Under the pieces are notes generated by a model. It was not told the origin of the DNA. It did not search any database and worked only from the letters and a program-made list of their open reading frames with translations. A DNA stretch of 64,000 nt from Isurus oxyrinchus (lineage: Eukaryota): assembly GCA_026770705.1 (NCBI GenBank), contig JANJGN010000150.1, forward strand, positions 620,001-684,000, read 5' to 3'. Position 1 is the first letter of the stretch; each line of letters starts with the position of its first letter. The position numbers and the translations under genes are program-made. Below are positions 1 through 11,954 of this stretch, piece by piece.

Positions 1-159
1 GACCTCCGACAGTATAGCACTCCCTCAGTACTGTCCCTCCAATAGTGCAACACTTCCACACTACTGACCCTCTGAGAGTGCAGCACTCCCTCAGCACGGA
101 GCGTTTATCTACATTATGGGACTGAATTCCCTGGAGTGAGACTCAGACCAGTGATTTAG

Positions 160-1420
160 GTAGGGTTGTGGGGGCTGGAGGAGGTTACAGCGATAGGGAG
201 GGCTGTAGAGGCTGTAGGAGGTTACAGAGAAAGGGAGGGTTGTAAGGGCTGTAGGAAGTTACAGAGATAGGGAGGGTTGTAGAGGCTGTAGGAGGTTACA
301 GAGATAGGGAGGGTTGTAGGGGCTGGAGGAGGTTACAGAAATAGGGAGGGCTGTAGAGGCTGTAGGAGGTTACAGAGATAGGGAGGGTTGTAAGGGCTGT
401 AGGAAGTTACAGAGATAGGGAGGGTTGTAGAGGCTGTAGGAGGTTACAGAGATGGGGGAGTTGTGGGGGCTGGAGGAGGTTACAGAGGTAGGGAGGTGTG
501 TAGGGGCTGTAGGAGGTTACAGAGATGGGGTGGTTGTGGGGGCTGGAGGAGGTTACAGATGTAGGGAGGGTTGTAGAGGCTGGAGGAGGTTACCAAAATA
601 GACACTGCTGTAGGGGCCACAGTAGGTTACAGAGATAGGGAGAGTTATAGTGTGGAGAGGAGCTTATAGAGTTCAGGAGGATTGTAGGGGCTGGAGGAGG
701 TTACAGTGATTGTGAGGGTTGTGGGGCCTGGAGGATTTTACAGAGATAGGGAGGGTTGTAGGGTCTGGAGCAGGTTACAGAGATAGGGAGGGTTGTAGGG
801 TCTGGAGCAGGTTACAGAGATAGGGAGGGTTGTAGGGTCTGGAGCAGGTTACAGAGATAGGGAGGGTTGTAGGGTCTGGAGGAGGTTACAGTGATCGTGA
901 GGGTTGTGGGGCCTGGGGGAGGTTACAGAGATAGGGAGTGTTGTGGGGACTGTAGGAGGTTACATAGATAGGGAGGGTTGTCGGGTCTGGAGGAGGTTAC
1001 AGAGATAGGGAGGGTTATAGGGACTGGAGGAGGTTACAGAGATAGGGAGGGTTGTAGAGACTGTAGGATGTTACAGAGATAGGGATTGTTGTAGGGGCTG
1101 GAGGAGGTTACAGAGATAGGGAGGGTTGTAGGGGCTGGAGGAGGTTACAGAGATAGGGAGGGTTGTAGGGGCTGGAGGATGTTACAGAGATAGGGAGGGT
1201 TGTAGGGGCTGGAGGAGGTTACAGAGATAGGGAGGGTTGTAGGGGCTGGAGGAGGTTACAGAGATAGGGAGGGTTGTACGGGCTGGAGGAGGTTACAGAG
1301 ATAGGGAGGGTTGTAGGGGTTGGAGGAAGTTACAGAGATAGGGAGGGTTGTAGGGGCTGGAGCAGGTTACAGAAATAGGGAGGGTTGTACGGGCTGGTGG
1401 AGGTTACAGAGATAGGGAGT
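160..1420. repeat. 37-bp G-rich minisatellite (GGGAGGGTTGTAGGGGCTGGAGGAGGTTACAGAGATA)n
   Basis: Direct tandem units visible. Confidence 0.95.
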
Positions 1421-4069
1421 CGCTGAGGAGGGATTGAAAACAAGAATGAGAATTTCAGGGGAAATGACAGAAGGAAATGATGTTAAATTCATAGAGGGTG
1501 ACAATATTAAAGGCACGAACATAATAATATCAAACTGCGGAAGAGACCAGTCTATCTGGGTGGTAGACGTAGAGTCATGTGCAAGAAACACCTCACCCAG
1601 AGGGACATCTCTTAGCTTAACCTCGACAAGGAGAAGAAGTGACTCAGCTGCAGGGAGAGCAGCAAAGTCAGAGTGAACAAGACAAGTCGCCATTTCATCT
1701 GGGAGCTTCCCATCTCTGCCTGTCTCTTCTGATCTTCTGGCTCTGCTTTGATGCTTTGGTTTGTAACTAGAGGAGCTTCCTGCTCTTATACCTGAAACAC
1801 TTGAAGGGGACAGCCGCGGGTGGGTTGCTGTGTGGTATTACACCCATTTCTGGATATTGCAGTGTCGATGTTCCCTGTCCCACTGGCCTGGGACCAGCAG
1901 TAAGGTCACTGGGACATTGACTGTCTGGCGCCGAGAACTATCAGTCCCTCCGCAACGCCCTTCACCTTGTGCAAATATGTGTTCATATTGATGCAACACA
2001 ACATAGCAAAAACATAGGGGCTGGTTCTTATGTCGGCAAATCAGGTGAAGCGCACGCCCCCTAACCCCTTACTCCTCTCATTGCTCTTCCTTCCTGCCAG
2101 ACACTTACTATTTTACAAATTGTGTGCGTTGCTTTTATTTTGGACAAGGGGCCTCGAGGGGGAACTGATTTACGCTGAGGTTTAGGGGTTAACAGCCATG
2201 TCATGTGTTGATCGGTCAGTGTTTACCATGTGGAGACTGTCTGTCACCAGCTTTGTTAATGGTTTATCCAGGAACATTGAAGGGCATGAACGTTCTTGCT
2301 TTGTATGGAACAAGTTACCAACTGGGTTCAGTCATCGACTCAGACTCACATCAACATAAAATGGCTTCTGACAGGTAAGTTTCTATTACATAAGGGTAGG
2401 AGGAGGCCATTTGGCCCCTCGAGCCTGCTCCACCATTCAGTGAGTTCATGGCTGATCTGCAAACTAGCCCCATATGCCTTTGTCCCATCTCCTTTAATAC
2501 CTTTGGATAACAAAAATCTATCAGTCTCACAGGTTTAAAATGAACAACTTGATCGTGCATCAGTTCCTGTTTGGGGAAGAGAGTTCCAAATTTCTCCCAC
2601 CCTTTGTACTTCCTAATTTAATTCCTTTTTAGGCTCTGACCCCGAGTCCCAGACTCCCCCCAACCAGGGGAAATGGTTTCTCTTTATCGCCCCCGATCGG
2701 TTCCCCTTAATATCATGCGAACTTTCATCAAATCTCCTGCTTAACATTCTAACTTCCAGGGAATACAAGCCGAGTTTGTGTTTAATCTCTCCTTGTGATT
2801 TAACCCTTGGAGTCCCGGTCTCATTCTGGTAAACTGACACTGCTCTCCCTCCGAGGTCAATATATCCTTCCTAAGGTGTGGGGCCCAGAATGTCTCACAG
2901 TGACTCCAGGTGTGGTCTAGCCAGGGCTTTATGTAGACTGAAGCATGACCTCTGCCCCCTTATATTCTAATCCGTGAGATAGAAAGGGCAGAGTTCCAGA
3001 ATTGTTGTGTTTATTCGACAACAGAATAACAGAGGAAGGTTTCCTCTCTGCCCTCTTCAGCCCCACTGGGAAGGTCAGGATGAGAAGGTTGGGCTGGGTC
3101 CCCTGTACTGGACACTCGCTGAATCTTCCAATGATAGTTCTGGGCTGGATTTCAAAACGCATAGACAAGGATTCAGTGTTCCATCACATTCTGCCTTTGT
3201 CTCTTTTCCTCTCGTTCTCTTTCTCTACCATCCTCTCTCTCTATCTATCTATCTTTCTCCTCATTCTCTCCTGCTTCATCTCTATCACTTTCTTTCTACT
3301 TCTTTGTGTGTCTCTGTCTGTCTCTCTCTCTCACTCTTTCTTTCCTTGTCCTTATCTCTTTCAGTGTCTCCCTCTTTCTCTCTCTCTCTCTCTCTCTAAA
3401 TGTGACCCTCTCTAACAGTTTGGCCCAGTACTCTTATTTCCCTGTTTTACTGGTGTTCCATTTGAAGGTATACAAGACCAGATCAGACCAGAATGTTTAT
3501 TTTCCAGTGTTTACTGTGTTTTTTTCATTCTGGGTGTCTCTCGACTCTGTCTGTCCCTCTCTGTCCTTTTATTTCATTCTTTCATGTGATGTGGACATCA
3601 CTGCCTAGGCCAGCATTTATTGCCCAACCCTAATTGCCCTTGTTCAGAGGCCACTTTTTAAAAGTGAACCACATTGCTGTGGGTCTGGAGTCACATGTTG
3701 GCCAGACCAGGTAAGGACAGCAGATTTCCCTCCCTAAAGGGCATTTGTGACCCAAATACAAGAATCAGCAATGGTTTCCTGGTCATCATCGGACTTTTAA
3801 TTCCAGGTTTTTATTGAGTTCAAATTCCACCAACTGCTGTGGTGGGATTCTAACCAGGGTCCCAGGACCATTACGCTGGGTCTCTGGATTACTGGTCCAG
3901 TGAAAATACCATCAGGCCAACACCTCCCCACTCTTCCCTTCCACCATCTTTCACACTTGTTCTGTCTCTCTCTCTCTCTCCTTCTCTCTTCCCCCTCTCT
4001 CAGTCTCTGTCTGTCTCTCAATCTCTCTATCGCTCTCTATCTCCTGGAGGCTCTCTCTCTGACTGTCTC

Positions 4070-4655
4070 CCTCCCTATATCTGTAACCTCCTCTCTCTGT
4101 CCCTTTCCTCCAGCCCATACAACCCTCCCCATCTCTGTAACCTCCTCCACCTCCCACAACCCTCCCTATATCTGTAACCTCCTCCACAAGCCCATACAAT
4201 CCTCCCTATCCCTGTAACAACCTCCAGCCCGACAACACCCCTATACATGTCACCTCCTCTAGCCACTGTAACCCTAATAATCTCCCAAGCCTCCACCAGC
4301 CTTGACAATCCTGCCCATCTCTGTAACATCCTCCAACCACCACAACCCTCCCTATTTCTGTAATCTCTTCCAGTCCCTACAACCCTCCCTATCTCTACAA
4401 CCTGCTCCACCCCCTGCGACTCGCCCTATCTCTGTGTCATCCTCCAGCCCCTACAACCCTCCCTATACCTGTAACCTCCTCCAGCCCCTACAACCCTCCC
4501 TATCTCTGGAACAGCTTCCAGCACCTACAACCCTCCCTATCTCTGTAACCTTCTCCAGCCCCTACAACACTCCTTATCTCTGTAACCTCCTCCAGCCCCT
4601 ACAACCCTCCCTATCTCTGTAACCTCCTCCAGCCCCTGTAACCCTCCCCATCTCT
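4070..4655. repeat. 37-bp minisatellite, opposite orientation
   Basis: Units of CCCTCCCTATCTCTGTAACCTCCTCCAGCCCCTACAA. Confidence 0.9.
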
Positions 4656-5277
4656 TGAAGGGTTCTCAAAATTTCCAACTGTCAAGGAACCCTGGGTTGG
4701 TGAGCGTGACCCCTGACCTCTCCTAGTGCAATTTAGTTAGGGTTTGGGGGTGGGACAAGGGTAAGGGCATTAGTAGCGTGATTCTCCCTCGTTATGCCGT
4801 GTGTTCCCCATTCTTAACTCAGTGTACTTTGTAAGTCTGTATAATCTCAGTGTCATCCTAATGTTAGAAGTTCATTTGTGACTTCAGTAAACTCAGTTTT
4901 TGTCTTGCACCAAAACCAGTTGTCTGCTGCACTTTGTGACAAGCCCCGAATAAGTCCAAGGTCTAGAACCCAGGGAGTGGGAGTGATTCAGACGGCTCAG
5001 AAGTCGCAGGTGAAGCTGACACACACCACCACACCCTACAAGGGGCTGAATGGCCTCCTCCTGTTCCTGTGTAATGGGCTTCAGTGGCTGAATGGGCCTC
5101 GTCCTTTTTCTGTATAACGGACATAAGTGGCAGAATGGCCTCCTCTTGTTCCTGTGTAACGGACATAAGTGGCAGAATGGCCTCCTCCTGTTTCTGTGTA
5201 ACAGTCTTGAGGGGGCTGAATGGCCTCCTCCTGTTCCTGTGTAACAGGGTCGAGGGGCTGAATGTCCTCCTCTCATT

Positions 5278-5494
5278 AAAAATAAATACTGCAGATGTTG
5301 TAAATCTTCAATAAAAATGGAAAATGCTGCCTTAACTCAGCAGGTCTGGCAGCAGCTGTGGAGAGAGAAACAGAGTTTTTGCTTTGAGACTCTGAAGAAG
5401 GGTCATACGGACTCGAAATGTTAATTCTGTTTATCTCTCCTCAGATGCTGCCAGACCTACTCAGTTTCTCCAGCATTTTCTGTTTTTATTTCAG
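5278..5494. mobile_element. Palindromic dispersed repeat (Penelope-associated/MITE-like) with hammerhead-like core
   Basis: Long inverted arms (AAATGCTG...CTCAGCAGGTCTGGCAGCA / TGCTGCCAGACCT.CTCAG...CAGCATTTT) around CTGAAGA...GAAA. Half copy at 13938-14071. Confidence 0.65.
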
Positions 5495-5830
5495 GTGCTC
5501 TCTTGTTCCTGTGTAGCAGGTTCGAGGGGGCTGAATGGCCTCCTCCTGTTCCTATTCAATGGGCAGTCAAAGTATGCATCTGATTTTGGACCTCAAACCC
5601 AATTCTGTCCTCAGGACATTGACAGAAGGAGAGACCAGTTACAGATCAATGCAGGAGGATTATTTATTTTCCCAATCTTTTATCCAAGAATGTCATCAAA
5701 CATAGAGCAGAACCAGGATCAAGGATGTTGGTCTCTGTGATCTGTAACACATCGCACAGTCCACCCATCCACTCAGCCTTCAGGATGGATGCTAATTGTA
5801 CTCTCCAAGTGTGAAAGACTAAAATGGTGG

Positions 5831-5836
5831 TTTATT
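5831..5836 (-). terminator. Candidate polyadenylation signal of gene A
   Basis: AATAAA on the minus strand about 780 nt after the stop codon. Confidence 0.35.
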
Positions 5837-6609
5837 GCAGCTATATCTCATTCTGTTATCAAAGATGTCTCATCCATCCATGACATATTGAAGAAGATAA
5901 ACCTGCAACCAATTTTTCACATCATAATTTCCTATGTTCATTGGCAACATCAATGTAAACATGTCACGCTGAAATGATGTCCTCCCACCAGTGGTGGCAC
6001 TGTAGCACATCTGTTATCCTCTGAGCTGCAGAGAATTTCTCAAATCTCCAAACAAATTGTTTCCCTGTTTCCCAGATTGCTGTTAGTTTTGCTGTTTTAC
6101 GATGAAGTGTAAAATCCAAATATATATCTGAAAATACATTTGATTACAAAACGCTGAGTAAATTTTGCCAATCTCCTCTGCTCCAATTATCCACCGATCC
6201 TGCATTTCCTGAAGTCTACACTGGCTGATGAATATTCTGTAAACACTGACAGACAGGAAGGTGAATAACAGAATGAAAATTAACTCATAATCAAGGACAC
6301 GGGATTGAATTTGTCCGTTCTGTCCTGGTACATCATCGAACGATATCTAAAGACATTTACAATCAGATTGGAGAGAAGGATGTTTCCAACAGGGAGGGAC
6401 AATTCTGAAGGAGGATGTTCGAATTGAAACCCACAGACAATCATCCTGGATAGATCATTCCGAAGAAATTCCATCAGATTGTAACAAGAGGTTTAAATCT
6501 ATTTCCTGGGAGTGAGTTCCTGTGGATATTAGGAAGGTAAATTGGAGTTTTGAATGATTCTCCCGTTCTGTATTCTCCCCACACTGTGTGTGTCTCATTC
6601 TTGCTCAGT

Positions 6610-6726
6610 TTATAAATTCCCATAAACAGAATCCTTGGCAAATTCACCGTTTGCGTAAAGATCATCATCTGTATCAGGATTGACTCCGCGGTTAGATTTC
6701 ATTTCCAGATCCTTCTCATCATTCTT
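6610..6726 (-). CDS. Gene A terminal exon with LYAN and SVYGNL (ITIM consensus)
   Basis: Phase-0 acceptor. KNDEKDLEMKSNRGVNPDTDDDLYANGEFAKDSVYGNL* with TAA at 6612-6610. Confidence 0.8.
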   Translation of the reverse strand, partial: KNDEKDLEMKSNRGVNPDTDDDLYANGEFAKDSVYGNL

Positions 6727-6824
6727 CTGTAATAGAAACAGAAATGATCAGAGTGACAATCAGAGTGATCAGTGTTTAGTATTATTGATCCAAATCGAAA
6801 ATTCCACCCACAATAGATACATTA

Positions 6825-7275
6825 ATTATTGATACTGAACAGGGTTTTATTATTGATAATGAACGGGGTTTGATTATTGATACTGAACGGGGTTTGATTA
6901 TTGATTCTGAACGGGGTTTGATTATTGATTCTGAACGGGGTTTGATTATTGATTCTGAACGGGATTTGATTATTGATACTGAACGAGGTTTGATTATTAA
7001 TTCTGAACGGGGTTTGATTATTGATACTGAATGGGGTTTGATTATTGATTCTGAACGGAGTTTGATTATTGATACTGAACGGGGTTTGATTATTGATACA
7101 GATCGGGGTTTGATTATTGATACTGAACGGGGTTTGATTATTGATACAGATCGGGGTTTGATTATTGATACTGAACGGGGTTTGATTATTGATACAGATC
7201 GGGGTTTGATTATTGATATCGAACGGGGTTTGATTATTGATACTGAACGGGGTTTGATTATTGATTCTGAACGGT
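6825..7275. repeat. 24-bp tandem repeat, about 19 units (GATTATTGATACTGAACGGGGTTT)
   Basis: Direct tandem units. Reads IIKPRS(V/E)S on the minus strand. Confidence 0.95.
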
Positions 7276-7407
7276 GTTGGGTGTGAGTTTGGTTGGGTTT
7301 GGGAGTGACTGTATAAAACATTGCAGATGCAGGACTGGAGCAGCCATATCAATAACCAGGCTACTGGAGCAGCTGAGAGGCTGGGGATCCTGTGGTGTGT
7401 GACTCAC

Positions 7408-7512
7408 CTGATTCCTCCAAGCCCAACCACACTCACAGTTTTCATAAACAGGACCTCGATATTCATCAACACGATGGTTCGATTTGATTCCTGCTTTCCC
7501 CTCGCCTCTCTT
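7408..7512 (-). CDS. Gene A cytoplasmic exon 2 (YEN motif); alternative donors after 7437 (phase 1) or 7408 (phase 0)
   Basis: TATTACAG acceptor. KRGEGKAGIKSNHRVDEYRGPVYEN(CECGWAWRNQ). Two GTGAGT donors. Confidence 0.7.
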
Positions 7513-8023
7513 CTGTAATAGAGATGGAAATGGACAGAGTGACAATCAACATGATGTGTATTCGGTGTTGGGTTTGATTATTGGGGAGAGAGTTCCAGAT
7601 TTCCACTCCCCTTTGTGTGAAGAAGTGCTTCCTGAAATCACCCCTGAATGGCCTGGCTCCAATCTGAAGTTCCAGCCCCCTTGTTCTGGACTCTACCCGA
7701 CCCCCACCACCCACCCCCACCCGAGGGAATAGTTTCTCTCTATCGACCCTATCGAGTGTTTAATCAGTTTGAACCCCTCAATTAGATCCCTCCTTAATCT
7801 TCTAGACCCGAGGGAATATAATCGTAGACTGTGTGTAACCTGTCTGCATAATTTAACCAGAAAGATGTTCTGTACAACAGACTTGAGCCTCACACCCAGA
7901 TCTCAATAATCAGTAGAAATCTTTCAAAGGCATCAATCATTGGAATCTGTCTTTATAAAGTCACAACATCAACAAAGGACGGTGTTGGTGGTGGAAGTGA
8001 ATTCCAATCGTTCCGTTACTTAC

Positions 8024-8108
8024 CCAGGACCTGTCCGACTGCTCGCCTGGGGAGGAACTGCCCACACGCTCTGCTTGGGCTGAATGACCTCTTCCTGTGC
8101 TGCTCCCT
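8024..8108 (-). CDS. Gene A cytoplasmic exon 1
   Basis: 85 nt, phase 2-0, which is the phase needed after the TM exon. (K)GSSTGRGHSAQAERVGSSSPGEQSDRSW, donor GTAAGT. Confidence 0.65.
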
Positions 8109-8864
8109 CTGTGTATTTAATGAGAAAGGGTTGATGTGTCTCTGTGAGTCAAATCAGGAATTGGGGAACAATTGTGAAAACCCTTTCACTGAAACGTAGT
8201 GCCTTAGTGTTGTGTTGTAAACAAACTGTTAACCCTTTGTGTCCTGACTCTGTGACGTGATTCCTGTGTAAAGCTGAGCAGTCGTTGAGCGACTTTCAAT
8301 TCACTGCTCAGTCCAGATGTTGAGGTGGATCTTCTGAAGGAGCAGATGTTGCTCAGCACTCCTTAAAAATGTCAGATACTGAACATTGTGTAAGAGGACA
8401 AGAGAGAGAATGAGAAGGAGAGCATTAGTGGAGATAAGAGAGAGAGTGAATGAGAGAGAGAATGAGAAGGAGAGAATTAGTGGAGATTAGAGAGAGAGTG
8501 AATGAGAGAGAGAATGAGAAGGCCAGCATTAGTGGAGATAAGAGAGAGTGAATGAAACACGGAAAATGGAAAGAGATTGCATTCACTAACAAAAGAAAGG
8601 TTTTCATTTATATAGCACCTTTCACATCCTCAGGAGGTCACAATGTATTTTATGGTCCGGGTCAACACTGCCTGTTACAGGACTGAGTTGTGAAACAGTG
8701 AAAGGTGGATGAGATGTTAAACAGTAGGTGAACATCAAAACTCTTCAGGGGCTGTGAAGGGTTTTGGATGGTAAAAGGTGCTATTGAAATGCAAGTTCTT
8801 TCTATAAGGAGAGAAGGTTGAAGAAAAAATGTTTGAAATCAACCAATTAAACCTTCGCACTTAC

Positions 8865-8961
8865 TTTCTCACACACTTGAAGATGAAGAATCCACTCAGT
8901 CCAACATTCAAACAGATTCCAGCTCCAAGCAATCCTGCTTTCCATTCATTGGAATCTCGCC
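8865..8961 (-). CDS. Gene A transmembrane exon
   Basis: TTTTACAG acceptor, 97 nt, phase 1-2. RDSNEWKAGLLGAGICLNVGLSGFFIFKCVRK, donor GTAAGT. Same length and phase as the gene C TM exon. Confidence 0.85.
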
Positions 8962-9149
8962 CTGTAAAATCAGCCAATGAATGACTCCGGTACAGTTTGA
9001 GAATGGTTCCCTATGTACATGTAGTAATTCTGAACTTGTGAAGTGATATTTTCTATGCATGAAAGGTCTATACAAATAACATATATCTATGTAATATTTA
9101 TTGATAATATCCATGTACATGCAGGTTTCTATAAGGAGGATTCACATAT

Positions 9150-10195
9150 AACAGAGGTGCCAAGCTGCTGAGGTGACACACAGGACTACATACACACCAA
9201 ACAGCGGAAACAACATGCTATAGACAGAGCAAAGCGATCCCACAACCAACGGGTCAGATCTAAGCTCTGCAGTCCTGCCACATCCAGTCATGAATGGTGA
9301 TGGACAATTAAAGATCTAACAGGAGGAGGATGTTCCACAAATATCCCCATCCTTAATGATGGGGGAGCTCAGCACATCAGTGCAAACGACAAGGCTGAAG
9401 CATTGGCAACCATGTTCAGCCAGAAGTGCTGAGTGGATGCTCCATCTCGGCCTCCTCCAGAGGGTCCCAGCATCACAGATGTCAGCTTTCAGAAAATTCG
9501 ATTGACTCCACGTGACATCAGGAATCAGCTGATGATACTGGATACAGCAAAGGCTATTGGCCCTGGCAACAACCCAGCAACTGGAAATAATGTGGCTACA
9601 AGAGCGGGTAAGAGGCTGGGAACTCTGTGGTGAGTAACTCACCTCCTGACTCCCCAAAGCCTGTCCACCATCGGACAAGGCACAAGTCAGGAGTGTGATG
9701 GAATAATCTCCACTTGGCTGGATGAGTACAGCTCCAACAACACTCAAGAAGCTTGACACCATCCAGGAGCAGCTTGTTTGATCGACAGCCCATCCACCAG
9801 CATAAACATTCATACCCTCCACCACTGGCACACAGTGGCAGCAGTGTGCACCATCTACAAGATGCACTGCAGCAACTCACCAAGGCTCCTTCGACAGCAC
9901 CTTCCAAACCCTTAACCTCTTCCACCGAGACAGTTCCAAGTCAGTGAGGTGTGTGACTTGGAGGCGAACTTGTGGTGTTGGTCTTCCATGAGATTTGGAA
10001 ATATATCGGCCGTACCTTCACCGTCGCTGGGACAAAATCATGGAACTCCCTCCCTAACAGCACTGTGGGTGTACCTACACCACATGGACTGCAGTAGTTA
10101 AAGAAGGCAGCTCACCACCACCTTCTCAAGGGGCAGTTACAGATGGGCAATAATTTCTGGCCTTGTCAACAATGCCCATATCCCATGAGCTAATA
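9150..10195 (+). mobile_element. Degenerate CR1-clade LINE 3' fragment
   Basis: Decayed RT C-terminal peptides and the 3' tail GGGCA.TTA.GGATGGGCAATAA shared with copies at 27050-27510 and 30140-30600 (+), and 22915-23655, 59670-60135 and 62640-63105 (-). Confidence 0.75.
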
Positions 10196-10226
10196 AAAAC
10201 AGAATGTTCAATTCTGTGTAACTCAC

Positions 10227-10508
10227 GTTCCACAGTGATGGTTATGAACCCGTCCACTGCTCCATGTTCATTCTCTGCCACACACTGATAGTCTCCAGTG
10301 TCCCTGGATGTAACGTGAGGAATCACCAACCACAGCTCATTGTTGGAACTTGTTCTGTTCATTGGGACATTAAGATGTCGCCACGTCAGGTTAGAAGCTG
10401 GGAAGCTCTCGACAGAGCAGATTATCACTGCAGGATTCCCCTCAATTATATTGATCGATGAAGCGTTAATCATATCAAGAGAAGTAATTGATAGGTTCCG
10501 TGGTGCAT
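10227..10508 (-). CDS. Gene A C2-set Ig exon
   Basis: 282 nt, phase 1-1. DAPRNLSI...IICSVESFPASNLTW...DTGDYQCVAENEHG...ITVE. Confidence 0.92.
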
Positions 10509-11541
10509 CTAAATACAAATAAAGGTTTCATTGTGAGCAAACACAGTGCACAGCAAGACTCCATGATACATCTCTCTCTATTTGGTGTCTATGTGCATTT
10601 CAAGGTTTCTGTCCAGTTTTAAGTTCCTATGTCAACTTTTATAATGGTCACTGCCGGCGTTTTTCTTTTTGTACATTCATGGGAAGTGGCTGTATCTATC
10701 TAGACCAGCATTTATTACCCATCCCTAATAGCCCTTGAGGAGGTGGTGGTGAGTTTTTCACCCCCGCAGAATTCCCAGCCTCTGACCGGCTCCTGTAGCC
10801 ACAGTATTTATTGGCCGGTCCAGTTCGGTGTTTGGTTAACATCCCCCAGGATGTTGATTGTGGGGGATTCAGTGATAGGAAACTCACTGAACATCAAGGG
10901 GAGATGGTTAGATTCTCTCTTGTTGGAGATGCTCACTGCCTGGTGCTTGTGATGCATTATTTCTCATTTCTCAGCCCAAGCTGAGTGTTATTCAGCTCTT
11001 GCTGCGTGTGGACATGTAAACTGTCACGCTGTAATTACAGCCTTCCACCAGAGGAGACACTGTCGGGCTAGGAGAAAAGAAAATGTCTTTCACATCATCA
11101 GGATGTTCACAGGGATTTGACAGTGGAGGAATTGCTTTAGAATAATGGGGTATTGAGTGATAAACCTACAATTCTCTGTGCAGGGGGCTGCTCGTCCAAT
11201 ACAGGGTCTTGTTCAGCTGATGTCGTCAGTGTTTCAGAGCAGAATCTGGAGCAACACTCCAGTGCAGCACAGGGAGAACAGACAACTCACACATGTCTGT
11301 GTGTGTGTGAGCAAGCACACGTGTGATTCTGTGTATGTTTCCTTCTGTGTGTGTGCATGCAGGTGTACACACCTGTGCACATGTGGGATTGCACATGAAT
11401 GCNNNNNNNNNNNNNNNNNNNNNNNNNNNNNNNNNNNNNNNNNNNNNNNNNNNNNNNNNNNNNNNNNNNNNNNNNNNNNNNNNNNNNNNNNNNNNNNNNN
11501 NNNNNNNNNNNNNNNNNNNNNNNNNNNNNNNNNTAACTCAC

Positions 11542-11822
11542 ATTCCACAGTGATGGTTCTGAATCCCTCCACTGCTCCATGTTCATTCTCTGCCACACAC
11601 TGATAGTCTCCAATGTCCCTGGATGTAACGTGAGGAATCACCAACTACAGCTCATTGTTGGAACTTGTTCTGTTCATTGGGACATTAAGATGTCGCCACG
11701 TCAGGTTAGAAGCTGGGAAGCTCTCGACAGAGCAGATTATCACTGCAGAATCCCCTCAATTATATTGATCGATGAAGCGTTAATCATATCAAGAGAATTA
11801 ATTGAGAGATTCTGTGGTGCAT
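11542..11822 (-). pseudogene. Gene A C2-set Ig exon copy with 1-bp deletion (frameshifted, skippable)
   Basis: 281 nt versus 282 nt for the paralogue. Plus strand CACTGCAGAATCCCC versus CACTGCAGGATTCCCC. Reads DAPQNLS...IIEGILQ* while the splice sites are intact. Confidence 0.8.
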
Positions 11823-11954
11823 CTAAAAACAAATAAACATCAATTACGTTACACTGACTGTGAAGCACTTTGAAAGACACTGAGAATGTGAAAGGTGTGA
11901 TATCAATATAGGTTCTTTCACCACAAAGCCCATAATTCAGCCAGACACCTCAGT

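Noticed and set aside
1434-2330. 80-aa ORF and unique-looking sequence
   Set aside because: No recognisable domain or splice structure. Probably a decayed transposon piece that I cannot assign.
6825-7275. CRISPR-like appearance of the tandem arrays
   Set aside because: Contiguous repeats without unique spacers, no cas genes, and the DNA is eukaryotic.
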